Positions 34,665 to 44,117 of a stretch of DNA of 58,437 bases are shown here, one piece after another. Position numbers and translations under genes: made by a program. Position 1 is the stretch's first letter. Each line of letters starts with the position of its first letter. The stretch spans positions 1-58,437 of the forward strand of contig DBRB01000001.1 of NCBI GenBank assembly GCA_002305475.1. Direction: 5' to 3'. This DNA comes from a candidate division WWE3 bacterium UBA1379. GTDB taxonomy: Bacteria > Patescibacteriota > WWE3 > UBA101185 > UBA10185. Below the pieces are notes generated by a model. The model had not been told where the DNA came from. It saw nothing but the letters and a program-made list of their open reading frames with translations, and did not search any database.

Positions 34665-36014
34665 TTACTTTAATCCCGGTGCAGGAAATTCGGTACACAT
34701 TATTTTGACTTCATCGGCGATTCTTTTAATATCCTTATTAGTTTTTATCTTTTTCTTAAAATCGGCTCTTGCTTTTCTCGATTTTTCCTTATTATCACTT
34801 TGAATATCATCTGATAGATGATTGATGGCAATATTAATCACTTCATTAATCCACCCTGCAATAGTTTTCATTTCTGACTCACCCATTCCCCTTGAAGTTA
34901 TTGCCGGCGTACCCAATCTGATTCCTGACGGATAAAAGGCACTTCTTTTGTCAAAGGGAACCGTGTTTCGATTAACAACGATGCCCCCATATTCTAAAGC
35001 CCATGCAGCACACCATCCGTCAATATTTTTATTGTTTAGATCTATCAAGAGAAGATGATTATCCGTACCGTTTGAAATAAGTACAAAACCGAATTTCTTT
35101 AATTCTTCTGCAAGCACCACAGCATTTTTTACTACCTGTTTGGAATAATCCTTAAAGTTTTCCGACATTGCTTCTTTAAAACAGATTGCAATTGCTGCGG
35201 TTGTATTATTATGTGGCCCTCCCTGAGTTCCGGGAATAATTGCTTTATCAATTAATACTCCAAGTTCCTGATCTTTTGCTAATCCCTTATCTGTTGCCAG
35301 TATCACTGCACCTCTTGGACCTCTCATAGTTTTGTGAGTGGTTAAAGTAACTATATGAGCATATTCAACAGGCGAAGGATGTACTCCTGCTGCTACAAGA
35401 CCTGCAATATGGGAAATATCTGCCAAATGCCATGCTCCTGCTTTATCGGCAATATTTCCGAACCGTTTAAAATCAAGAATTCTTGGATATGCGGTGGTAC
35501 CGGATACAATTATTTTTGGTTTATGTTCCATCGCAAGTTTTTCGATTTCATCATAATCCAAATATCCGTCTTCTCCTACCTGGTACTGAATACTTTTATA
35601 AAATCTTCCTGATAATGTTACATCGGTGTGTCCATGCGTAAGATGACCGCCAGAAGACAGTTTTAATCCCATCATCAAATCACCAGGTTTAAGGATGGCA
35701 AAATAAACAGCTGAATTTGCAGGAGAACCGGAATGAGGTTGCACGTTGGCATACGGGACATTAAATAACTGCTTTGCCCTATCAACTGACAGTTTTTCTA
35801 TCTTATCTATGTTATCGTTTCCCTGATAATAGCGTTTACCTGCATATCCTTCGGAGTATTTATTTGTCAATACAGTACCTAATGCTTCAAGTACAGCAGA
35901 AGATGCATAATTTTCACTGGGAATCATTTCCAATTGATCCCTTTGACGTTTTTCTTCCTTGCGTATTAATTTATATAGTTCAGGATCAATTGCTTTAATA
36001 TTATTAAGAGGCAC
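34665..36014 (-). CDS. glyA: serine hydroxymethyltransferase
   Basis: 449 aa. SENYAS, GYAGKRYYQG, TTHKTMRGPRG (PLP-lysine motif). Confidence 0.95.
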   Translation of the reverse strand: MPLNNIKAIDPELYKLIRKEEKRQRDQLEMIPSENYASSAVLEALGTVLTNKYSEGYAGKRYYQGNDNIDKIEKLSVDRAKQLFNVPYANVQPHSGSPANSAVYFAILKPGDLMMGLKLSSGGHLTHGHTDVTLSGRFYKSIQYQVGEDGYLDYDEIEKLAMEHKPKIIVSGTTAYPRILDFKRFGNIADKAGAWHLADISHIAGLVAAGVHPSPVEYAHIVTLTTHKTMRGPRGAVILATDKGLAKDQELGVLIDKAIIPGTQGGPHNNTTAAIAICFKEAMSENFKDYSKQVVKNAVVLAEELKKFGFVLISNGTDNHLLLIDLNNKNIDGWCAAWALEYGGIVVNRNTVPFDKRSAFYPSGIRLGTPAITSRGMGESEMKTIAGWINEVINIAINHLSDDIQSDNKEKSRKARADFKKKIKTNKDIKRIADEVKIMCTEFPAPGLK

Positions 36015-36016
36015 AG

Positions 36017-36682
36017 TTACTCTCCTTTGTCTAAATTTACTATCGAATATTTACTCTTTAAATCTTTAATATTCCCATGCAGAATCATTTCTTCCTCTTC
36101 CTTATGAAGTTCATTCAGTCTTCCCACTATAATGTCTTTTTTATACCACCTGGATTTCTTATCTTCGGCTTCAGATGATAATGGATAAAAAACAAGTTGA
36201 CAGAACCTTTCACCAGGATAAACCCTGATAACCTGTGAATTTGTATTGTTTTGTACGGGGATTAATAATCTTCCTTCATATCCTGCATCAACAATTCCGC
36301 TTAAATCTACGGCCAATCCTCTTCTGTTAACTGAAGACCTGGGATATAAAACCGCCATTATATCCCTTGGCAGACATACTTCTTCTAATGAGGATACGAT
36401 TAATGCTTCACGAGGTAGTATGTCAAAAAACTGACCTTTTTCTAATTCAATAACATCAAATCTTTTTCTGTCATCAGTATAGTCAATCAGAAAAGCTTCA
36501 CGTCCTCTTTCTGTCATCTCCCATGATTTTGGAATCATGAAAGAAAAACCAAGTCTCAGATCAACAGAGTGTAGTTGGATCTGTAATGTATCCGGTTCAG
36601 GGGAAAATCGAAGACTGCCATTTTCCATATATTCAATAATTTGCTTTTTTGTTAAAATACCTTGCATAGAGTTAGCTCCCAT
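36017..36682 (-). CDS. dcd: dCTP deaminase family protein
   Basis: 221 aa, dUTPase-like fold features (DLRLG, GYEGRLLIPVQN). 2-nt gap to glyA. Confidence 0.7.
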   Translation of the reverse strand: MGANSMQGILTKKQIIEYMENGSLRFSPEPDTLQIQLHSVDLRLGFSFMIPKSWEMTERGREAFLIDYTDDRKRFDVIELEKGQFFDILPREALIVSSLEEVCLPRDIMAVLYPRSSVNRRGLAVDLSGIVDAGYEGRLLIPVQNNTNSQVIRVYPGERFCQLVFYPLSSEAEDKKSRWYKKDIIVGRLNELHKEEEEMILHGNIKDLKSKYSIVNLDKGE

Positions 36683-36926
36683 AGTTAACTTTATACTTTA
36701 TTTGGGCAGTGTCGGAATTTAAACAGTTTATTTTAAGTAAGTTTAATTTTACACTGTTTATGCTATCAGTAAATTTGTTATTTCCTTTTACGAATATCAC
36801 AGATTCCAGAGGGATCCATAACTTATCAATCAGAAGATTATTATTTTTTATATTCAATTCCTTCGTTTTAGTCATTCTATCTCTGTATAATGTTAAAAGG
36901 AACAAACTGGAATTTTTCTTAAATAT

Positions 36927-36958
36927 ACAAAAAGCGCTTTTTATAAGCGCCTTTTGTT
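36927..36958 (-). terminator. bidirectional-shape terminator after the SIMPL gene
   Basis: GCGCTT (36934-36939) / AAGCGC (36945-36950) with a 5-nt loop, flanked by an A-run and CTTTTGTTTT. Confidence 0.5.
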
Positions 36959-36975
36959 TTGATTTCAATCTTTAT

Positions 36976-37737
36976 TTATCTAAGTAGGAATGTTACTGTT
37001 ACAGTCTTTGATACTTCCGTAGAACCCGGTGCTAACGGTGCACCTCCACCTCCCATACCTTCTCTGAAAAACATAGGTTGGGCTGAAGACGGTACTCCTT
37101 CCACAAAATGTGTTACTTTTCCAAGAGTTCTTCCGCTGGTTTGTGCTGCTACATATGCCTTTGCTTTGGCATCTTCATAAGCCATGGATAATAGTGTTCC
37201 TTCATCTACATCGGCAACGTCAATAGTAAAGTTAGGTCCGAAAACATCGGTTGTTTCCAGTGAAGCTAATAAATCCGACAATTCAGTAGATCTGGATACA
37301 TCTTTCAGTTTGATTTCCAAACTAGTAGTAGCTCTCCAGTCACCGAAAACTGTCTGCTGTGATGCTGCATCCCAGCTTTGCTCCTGAAATACACTGACAT
37401 TTGAAGTTCTCAGATCCTCTTCAGGAATACCAAATTCCTTTATTGCGTTCATAATACCAGCTGCTTTTTCATTCATCATTCTGACAGCTTCCGCCTTATC
37501 AGGATTTAGAACCGTGACGCCAGCATTAAATGTTGCAACCTGATTCGATTGTAGGTTTCTTGATGTACCGGTAACTGTGATGTAATCCGGTTTACCAAAA
37601 GTCACCCATCCGTATACATGAGCCAGATATGCACCGAGGGCAAGAACCATCGAGGTAACGACAAATAATAAAAATTTAATATCTTTGGAGTAATCATTAT
37701 TTGAATTAGATGCAATTGTAGTAGTGGGCATAAACAC
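36976..37737 (-). CDS. SIMPL (DUF541) domain protein, membrane anchored
   Basis: 253 aa with a TM anchor and SIMPL-like repeat organisation. C-terminal GGGGAPLAPG. Confidence 0.55.
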   Translation of the reverse strand: MFMPTTTIASNSNNDYSKDIKFLLFVVTSMVLALGAYLAHVYGWVTFGKPDYITVTGTSRNLQSNQVATFNAGVTVLNPDKAEAVRMMNEKAAGIMNAIKEFGIPEEDLRTSNVSVFQEQSWDAASQQTVFGDWRATTSLEIKLKDVSRSTELSDLLASLETTDVFGPNFTIDVADVDEGTLLSMAYEDAKAKAYVAAQTSGRTLGKVTHFVEGVPSSAQPMFFREGMGGGGAPLAPGSTEVSKTVTVTFLLR

Positions 37738-37766
37738 CTCCTTCCATAATTATCTAAAGTATAGGT

Positions 37767-38756
37767 TTACTTATAGAGTAAATCAAGAAGAATTTTTGTT
37801 AATTTTTCTTCATCATGTACAAGAAGGCTTCGTTTTAGCGCATCTGCTTTGTTCGGCTTAGCTTTGGCAATCTTAACAAATGATCCGCATACTACTTTAT
37901 AATAACTATCGGGTAACAGATCATTAATCACAGGATACCCTTTTTCTTCTTCATAATTTTTCTTTACTGAGCTTGGTATTTTAGAATCATTTATTAAAAC
38001 ATAATCAGGATATCGACCCATATATTTTTTAATCTCTTCCACATGATCTTTTGCCGTATAACCATGAGTCTGTGTATAACGTGTCATTAGATTTACAATA
38101 TAAACGATCTTTGCCTTTGATTTTTTAATGGCCTGTTTGATACCTGATACAGCAAAATTAGGTAGAATACTGGCATACAAATCTCCCGGTCCTACAACAA
38201 TCATATCTGCATCAATAATTTTCTGAGCAGCCTTATCATATATTTCCGCTGCCGGAGAAAGTCTGATTTTTTTGACTTTTTTACCACCTAAGTGTTCCGG
38301 GTTTAAATTATCTTCACCGATAATAAAAGTACCATCCTCATACTCAATTACCAGATCTACATTTTTAGTAGTTATGGGAAGTATGGTTCCATCAAGACGA
38401 AATATCTTACCTGCAATTTCTAATGCCAGAGGGGTAGAAGCCTTGCACATATCCTGCAAGGCGGTAAGAATGAGATTTCCTAAATTATGACCGACTAAAC
38501 CGTCTCCTGTAGCAAATCTGTACAATAAAAGCTCACGTATCCATGATTGATCATTTTCCCTAGCCAAAGCTGCCAGTGACTGTCTTAAATCCCCCACAGG
38601 TAAAAACCCAAACTGATCCCTCAGCCTCCCTGTGGAACCACCCGAATCCGCTACGGTCACTATTGCGGTTAAATTGACATCTGAGCGTTTAAGACCGGAA
38701 AGAACTACAGCAGTTCCTGTCCCACCGCCGATAACAGTAATATTGGGTTTTGACAT
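37767..38756 (-). CDS. YvcK/CofD-family protein (gluconeogenesis factor-like)
   Basis: ITVIGGGTGTAVVLSGLK N-terminus, DSGGSTGRLR, GPGDLYASILPN motifs. Confidence 0.8.
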   Translation of the reverse strand: MSKPNITVIGGGTGTAVVLSGLKRSDVNLTAIVTVADSGGSTGRLRDQFGFLPVGDLRQSLAALARENDQSWIRELLLYRFATGDGLVGHNLGNLILTALQDMCKASTPLALEIAGKIFRLDGTILPITTKNVDLVIEYEDGTFIIGEDNLNPEHLGGKKVKKIRLSPAAEIYDKAAQKIIDADMIVVGPGDLYASILPNFAVSGIKQAIKKSKAKIVYIVNLMTRYTQTHGYTAKDHVEEIKKYMGRYPDYVLINDSKIPSSVKKNYEEEKGYPVINDLLPDSYYKVVCGSFVKIAKAKPNKADALKRSLLVHDEEKLTKILLDLLYK

Positions 38757-38834
38757 AGATTTTTCTATTATACTCGATCTTTATAAACTTATACGTTTTA
38801 TATTACAATTTGTTTTTTGTAATAACTATGTTTC

Positions 38835-40103
38835 TTAATAAAAATCACTATCAAATTTCTGAACAAATTCCTCCAGCTCTTTAATTCCTCCGAATGCTAT
38901 TCTATCAGGCACATAATCTCCTGTTCCCAACATTGCGGCAGGAATAATACTAAAATCACCCCATTTATCACTGATATTATCCAATGCATTTGTGAGTCTT
39001 TCAGGATAGTTACCCTCATCAAATAACACGGTTTGGCTTATATTTGAACTTGTTAATCCGAAACAGGATTCAGCTAGAATAGCCACCGGTTTTTGGTAAG
39101 GAGACCGGCTGAGAATTTTATATGCCTCCTTATAAATCTCTCTTGAATCAAAAAGTGTTTTTCCCGTCAGATGGCCTTCATGCCAGTATGAACCGTCCCA
39201 ATAAGTTACAGCTACATGCACACCCTTTGCCTTATAACCTCCTTTTCTCAGACGCCTTCCTGTTTTCTCCACCAGTTTATATAAAATGGGAGCCAGTTCA
39301 TCCAGTCTGCTAAGAGGTTTTGGAAGAGCATAGGAGTTACCGTAGCTATGCCTCCCAAACACCACATCATCCGGCTCCCATCCATGCAGACGAAGGTACC
39401 AATAATAACCGTTTACAGAAGCAAAAGCTGCCCGAAGAGTTCTGGCTGAAGCATTATAGAAATCCAAAACATTAAAGATTCCGTGAGCAGCCAGACGTGT
39501 GGCATTAGCTCTTTTAATTCCACATAAATCGGTCAGTTCCAGTCGGGTGAAGACATCTATGTAGTTATTTTTATCAATTACGTCCAAACCATCCGGCTTA
39601 TTAAGACCGGCAGCAGTCTTGGCAAGAAATCTGTTAGGTGCAATACCGATAGAAACGGTAATCCACTCCCCGATCTCCTTTTTAATTCTTGATTTAATCT
39701 CCAAAGCAATTTCTACAATACCCCTACGGTAGGCAGGATAACCTTCCAGATTTAAAACAAATTCGTCTATGGACTTGGGATTTAGATTATCTGTATAAGT
39801 ACGCAACAGATTCCTAAGTTTTAGATGAACATCCCGATATTTCCAGGGGTCAGGCTGCAGAATCCTCAGCCCTGGATAAATAGACTTCCCGTCTTTCACC
39901 CGCATCCCAGTTTTTATTCCCAGACGTTTTGCTTCAACAGAAGCGGCCAATATACAACCCCTATCCGTTTCATATGCTGCTATCGCTACCGGTTTACCGC
40001 GCAGTTTAGGGTTAGCCTGCTGCTCAATAGTCGCAAAGCAGGAGTTGATATCTATATGCAGAATTGTCGGATCCTTTGGAGTAAAGCCATTCTTAGGGTT
40101 CAT
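38835..40103 (-). CDS. dinB: Y-family DNA polymerase (DinB/Pol IV-like)
   Basis: ILHIDINSCFATIEQ catalytic motif, palm/fingers/little-finger length (422 aa). Confidence 0.8.
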   Translation of the reverse strand: MNPKNGFTPKDPTILHIDINSCFATIEQQANPKLRGKPVAIAAYETDRGCILAASVEAKRLGIKTGMRVKDGKSIYPGLRILQPDPWKYRDVHLKLRNLLRTYTDNLNPKSIDEFVLNLEGYPAYRRGIVEIALEIKSRIKKEIGEWITVSIGIAPNRFLAKTAAGLNKPDGLDVIDKNNYIDVFTRLELTDLCGIKRANATRLAAHGIFNVLDFYNASARTLRAAFASVNGYYWYLRLHGWEPDDVVFGRHSYGNSYALPKPLSRLDELAPILYKLVEKTGRRLRKGGYKAKGVHVAVTYWDGSYWHEGHLTGKTLFDSREIYKEAYKILSRSPYQKPVAILAESCFGLTSSNISQTVLFDEGNYPERLTNALDNISDKWGDFSIIPAAMLGTGDYVPDRIAFGGIKELEEFVQKFDSDFY

Positions 40104-40120
40104 CCTAGATTATCCTTAAA

Positions 40121-40381
40121 TTAATCGACTTCTCCGTCAGAAATTTCTTCAACAATCCAGGATAAGTTGTGCGTATCGTGGACCAAACGAAAAAAAAGCT
40201 CTTTCGTTTCCACGGAAAACACATGAAAGAGAACTTTGCCTACCTTATAGCTGTGGTGATAACCAACTTTAGTGGTTATATATCGGCGACCCTCCCAAAA
40301 AATGGCATGCGGATAGAATAGTTTCTTCTTATGATTATATAGAGAATATACGGATACCGGGGCTTTTAGCTTTTCAATCAT
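40121..40381 (-). CDS. hypothetical small protein co-transcribed with the Y-family polymerase
   Basis: 86-aa ORF 17 nt upstream of dinB on the same strand. Confidence 0.45.
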   Translation of the reverse strand: MIEKLKAPVSVYSLYNHKKKLFYPHAIFWEGRRYITTKVGYHHSYKVGKVLFHVFSVETKELFFRLVHDTHNLSWIVEEISDGEVD

Positions 40382-40432
40382 GGAATTTTTAATGTAAACC
40401 CACGGGCAAATAAGTACCGAATATTACCCGAA

Positions 40433-40450
40433 TGTTTTATTTATAAAACA
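40433..40450. repeat. AT-rich palindrome TGTTTTAT-TT-ATAAAACA in the polymerase operon promoter region
   Basis: Perfect 8+8 inverted repeat with a 2-nt centre, about 50 nt upstream of the 40381 start. Confidence 0.4.
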
Positions 40451-40463
40451 GAAAAGAGAAGCA

Positions 40464-40490
40464 GTCAATCCCTATAGTATAGGGATTGAC
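40464..40490 (-). terminator. strong hairpin/terminator after the 40607-41662 gene
   Basis: GTCAATCCCTATAGTATAGGGATTGAC is a 27-nt near-perfect palindrome (11-bp stem). On the minus strand it is followed by TGCTTCTCTTTTCTGTTTT. Confidence 0.6.
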
Positions 40491-40606
40491 CCGGGTTTAT
40501 CCCTGGAAACTCTTTCATAACCTAATAAATACGCAAATACAATCGTTTCATGATTACCTAAAATATTTGATTTAACAAATTAATCTAGGATGATCTAGGT
40601 TAAACC

Positions 40607-41662
40607 CTATAAAATGTTGGTGTTATCACAATTGTAGTTTTCAGGTACACAACCGATTTGAATCCATTCATAAAATGCTTCAACACTGCTGTTGATAGCA
40701 AATATGGCTTTATCCGCTAGTTTATTATTTCTTAGGGTTTCATCAACAGCAGTAATGAATTCTTTGCTCCCACAACTTGAGCTTACTTCAGTCATTAAAG
40801 ACCGGATGTCATTCAGATTGATATAGGCAACTCTGTTAACTATTTTGATACTTTTTAAAATATTTGCTGTTTTTTCGGAAAACATTGAACTGTATCCTTT
40901 GGATTTCTCAGAATATGTGGGGCCTGAAAACAAATGTAATAAGACATCTTTAGCCTGATCATCAGATGGTGTTATCGTTCTTTCAATTCCATAAACTAAT
41001 CCACACTCATTTGAATTTCCTGCTACTTTTTTATTATTAAAGTAAATAACTATCTGTTTTTTATTTGCTTGGTTCTGTATATATTGAGACTGCTCACATA
41101 ATATACCGATTATTTTCCATTTACCGTCTAATAATCTCATTTCAATCGGTATGATAAGTTTTCCGTCTTTATACAAATTCTCAACTTTTACGATAGATTT
41201 ATCTTCCTGAATGTTTGATACTCCGGTCTGAAAAGACAAAGGTATTTCGCTTGTACATAAAAAAGTATTATTATCTTTGGTTTCTACTACATTAAATGAT
41301 GTTTCCATTCTGCTGATAAATTCCGGAGATAATTCTGATCTTTCTTTATAGTTTTCTACGGTATCAACACTGCCTTTGCTTATATACCAATCATAAAATT
41401 CAAATACTACTTTATCAGGGTTTTCATTGATTTGAAGATCCTTTGTTACTGCCGGTGAGATTTTTGTATCAGATTGAGATGGACAGGGTGTGTCGGGGGT
41501 ATCTTCCTTTGGATTCCCCTGTTTGACCCAGTCTCCGTTAACACATAACCATGTATTTTTTTTATTATAAAAATTACTAATTACTGAAAAAGATACTATA
41601 AATATAAAGACGATTATTACGGTGAATAAAACAAAGTTTCGAATCATAATTTTCTCCGTCAC
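40607..41662 (-). CDS. membrane-anchored protein with a C-terminal GerMN-like domain
   Basis: The C-terminal part (ECGLVYGIERTITPSDDQAKDVLLHLFSGPT...VAYINLND) resembles GerMN domains. N-terminal TM plus WLCxNxxWVKxGNP motif. Confidence 0.45.
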   Translation of the reverse strand: MTEKIMIRNFVLFTVIIVFIFIVSFSVISNFYNKKNTWLCVNGDWVKQGNPKEDTPDTPCPSQSDTKISPAVTKDLQINENPDKVVFEFYDWYISKGSVDTVENYKERSELSPEFISRMETSFNVVETKDNNTFLCTSEIPLSFQTGVSNIQEDKSIVKVENLYKDGKLIIPIEMRLLDGKWKIIGILCEQSQYIQNQANKKQIVIYFNNKKVAGNSNECGLVYGIERTITPSDDQAKDVLLHLFSGPTYSEKSKGYSSMFSEKTANILKSIKIVNRVAYINLNDIRSLMTEVSSSCGSKEFITAVDETLRNNKLADKAIFAINSSVEAFYEWIQIGCVPENYNCDNTNIL

Positions 41663-41825
41663 AACAAAGGTGCTTGTGTGTAGACTATTTTACACCTTTA
41701 ATAAAGTAACCAATAATATTATCGTTTTAATAATATATTAACACCGGTGATGATTTATATATATCTGACATACGAACCATAACCTTTACAAAACCCCAAC
41801 CACAACATGTTAGGATAACACAAAT

Positions 41826-42959
41826 ATGAAGAAATTATTCGCTTTATTATTTGTCATAATAGTTGCAGTTTTAATATTAGCTGTATATAACTTTGCTTAT
41901 CTTTCTGATATTTCCCGTATGGATTTAACTTCCGAATCAACATCCATAACAGGCATATTTAATAATATAAATAACATTGATCAAAAATTAAATGATTCCG
42001 TCATACCAAAACAGATACCTACCGGAAAAACACTTAAAAATAATTACCACATATATCAAACTTTTAATAACTGCGGTCCTGCTGCCTTATCTATGGCTTT
42101 ATCATATTATAGGATCAAAGAAAGCCAACAGATATTAGGACAGCAGTTGCGACCTTATCAGCATCCTAAAGGAGATAATGATGATAAGTCAGTAACACTT
42201 GATGAATTAGCTGATAAATCAAGGGAGTACGGGTTGATACCATACCATCGCCCAAACGGAAATATAGAAATAATTAAAAAGTTTATTGCAAACGATATCC
42301 CCGTCATAACAAGAACCTGGCTTAAAGAAAATGATGATATCGGACACTACAGAATAGTAAAGGGATATGATGATGAAAAAAAGATTCTCATTCAGGACGA
42401 CTCACTGCAAGGTAAAAATCTCAAATATGGATATGATCAATTTAATACTTTATGGGTAAAATACGGCTATGAATATCTTGTTCTGATACCGCCTGAAAAA
42501 GACTATATCATTATAGATATTTTGGGCGAAGACTTCGATGAAAATAAAGCATGGAATAATGCCGTGAAATACTCCAAAGAAAGACTCAACAAAAACCCGA
42601 ATGATACATATGAGCGATTTAATCTTTCGGTAGCTTTATATCAGATCGGCGATTACAGACAATCTGTTGAACAATTTGAAAAGGTTAAGGGTAATCTGTC
42701 AAAAAGAACATTGTGGTATCAGATTGAACCCATCATGGCTTATTACAAACTTGGTGAATACAATAATGCATTTGATATCATAGATGACATTTTAAACAAT
42801 AATAATCGGGCATTTTCTGAATTGTATCTGATCCGGGGACAAATATATCTGAAACAAGGTGATAAAGAAGCAGCTTTAAGAGAATTTGAGAAAGCAATTC
42901 AATACAATGAAAACCTAAAAGCGGCACAGGAGGCCATGCTACTTGTAAAAAATCATTAG
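41826..42959 (+). CDS. C39-like cysteine peptidase domain protein with C-terminal TPR repeats
   Basis: NCGPAALSMALSYY (catalytic Cys context) ... GHYRIV (His). TPR-like repeats at the C-terminus. Confidence 0.6.
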   Translation: MKKLFALLFVIIVAVLILAVYNFAYLSDISRMDLTSESTSITGIFNNINNIDQKLNDSVIPKQIPTGKTLKNNYHIYQTFNNCGPAALSMALSYYRIKESQQILGQQLRPYQHPKGDNDDKSVTLDELADKSREYGLIPYHRPNGNIEIIKKFIANDIPVITRTWLKENDDIGHYRIVKGYDDEKKILIQDDSLQGKNLKYGYDQFNTLWVKYGYEYLVLIPPEKDYIIIDILGEDFDENKAWNNAVKYSKERLNKNPNDTYERFNLSVALYQIGDYRQSVEQFEKVKGNLSKRTLWYQIEPIMAYYKLGEYNNAFDIIDDILNNNNRAFSELYLIRGQIYLKQGDKEAALREFEKAIQYNENLKAAQEAMLLVKNH

Positions 42960-42966
42960 TAACGAC

Positions 42967-44037
42967 TTATTTCAGGTATTTATCAAAAAAAGCCACGGAT
43001 CTTTGTAAAGCAGTTGATAAGTTTCTGCTTAAGTTATGGTCATCCCCGTTATAAACATTTAGTTCAGTTGTTTTACCTGCCTGTTTTAATGCTTCTTCAA
43101 GCCTCTCACTAAAAAGTAGCGGTACCTCACTGTCATTAGTACCATGATGAATCTGAACTGGACCTGATATATCATCTACATGATATATGGGCGTAATAGA
43201 TTTCCAAAAATCTGGGTTTGTTGAGAAATCTCCGTATGTATCAATGAGTGTCTGACGTGAGGGTCTTCTTATGGACTGTTCCCTTTGAGAAGGTCTCCAC
43301 GGTCTGGATCGATTCCAATTGTTTGCCATATCTTCATACGAAGCAACCACCCCCGCCCAGATTACTCCTACTTTTATGTCATTCGTCACTACCATGGATC
43401 GTAAAGTAATACTACCTCCCATCGAATGGCCCCACATACCAATCCTATTAGGATCAGCATTAGGATATTTCTTGATTGAAGATACGGCGTTTAACACATC
43501 GACTGTATATGATGGCGAATAGTAAGCACCTTCTGGATTGCCTTCCGAACTGCCATGACCTCGGTAATCAGGTTTTATTACAATATATCCATTTCTAGAA
43601 AATGCATCGGTATAAGCAATATACCTTTCCGTAGTCCTATATTCTGCAGGTGGAATATACCCATGATTGAAAACGATTACCGGCCATCCGGTTTCAGGTT
43701 TTTCACCATTCGGTACAGTTAGAAGAGCATAAATCTTAAAACCTTCCGACAGATAGGAAATAATATAACGGTTGTAATTTGAACCGGAAGTCAGAGTCTT
43801 CTCAATAACAATATCACTTCCCGGATACTTATTTTTTTTCATAAATTCAATCTGAAGTGGGTGGGTGATTTCAAATGATCCGGATTTATCTCCTATATCG
43901 ACAAGATTATCAACTTCCACAGCCTGTTTGATTTCCTGAGGTGCAGAAGCGATGTTTTTTAATGAAAAAAAGTAAACTGCCGAAGCTGCAATTCCTAATA
44001 CGACAGTCAGTATCCAAAAATACCTGATATTAAACAT
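42967..44037 (-). CDS. alpha/beta hydrolase (S9 prolyl oligopeptidase/dienelactone hydrolase-like)
   Basis: GHSMGG nucleophile elbow, C-terminal D ... H (GDDHNL). N-terminal anchor. Confidence 0.7.
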   Translation of the reverse strand: MFNIRYFWILTVVLGIAASAVYFFSLKNIASAPQEIKQAVEVDNLVDIGDKSGSFEITHPLQIEFMKKNKYPGSDIVIEKTLTSGSNYNRYIISYLSEGFKIYALLTVPNGEKPETGWPVIVFNHGYIPPAEYRTTERYIAYTDAFSRNGYIVIKPDYRGHGSSEGNPEGAYYSPSYTVDVLNAVSSIKKYPNADPNRIGMWGHSMGGSITLRSMVVTNDIKVGVIWAGVVASYEDMANNWNRSRPWRPSQREQSIRRPSRQTLIDTYGDFSTNPDFWKSITPIYHVDDISGPVQIHHGTNDSEVPLLFSERLEEALKQAGKTTELNVYNGDDHNLSRNLSTALQRSVAFFDKYLK

Positions 44038-44117
44038 AGAAGGTAGTCTATCAAATAATTGTTAAAACTTTCTAAGAAATATCAATTTACCCAGGTAAAC
44101 CATTGATAATTACCATA

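Noticed and set aside
36672-36968. 98-aa minus-strand ORF (and the 92-aa plus-strand ORF 36709-36987) between dcd and the SIMPL gene.
   Set aside because: The ORF would begin upstream of, and read through, the terminator-like hairpin at 36934-36950. Its composition is Lys/Asn/Leu low-complexity typical of AT-rich spacer. A shorter real gene from an internal Met cannot be excluded.
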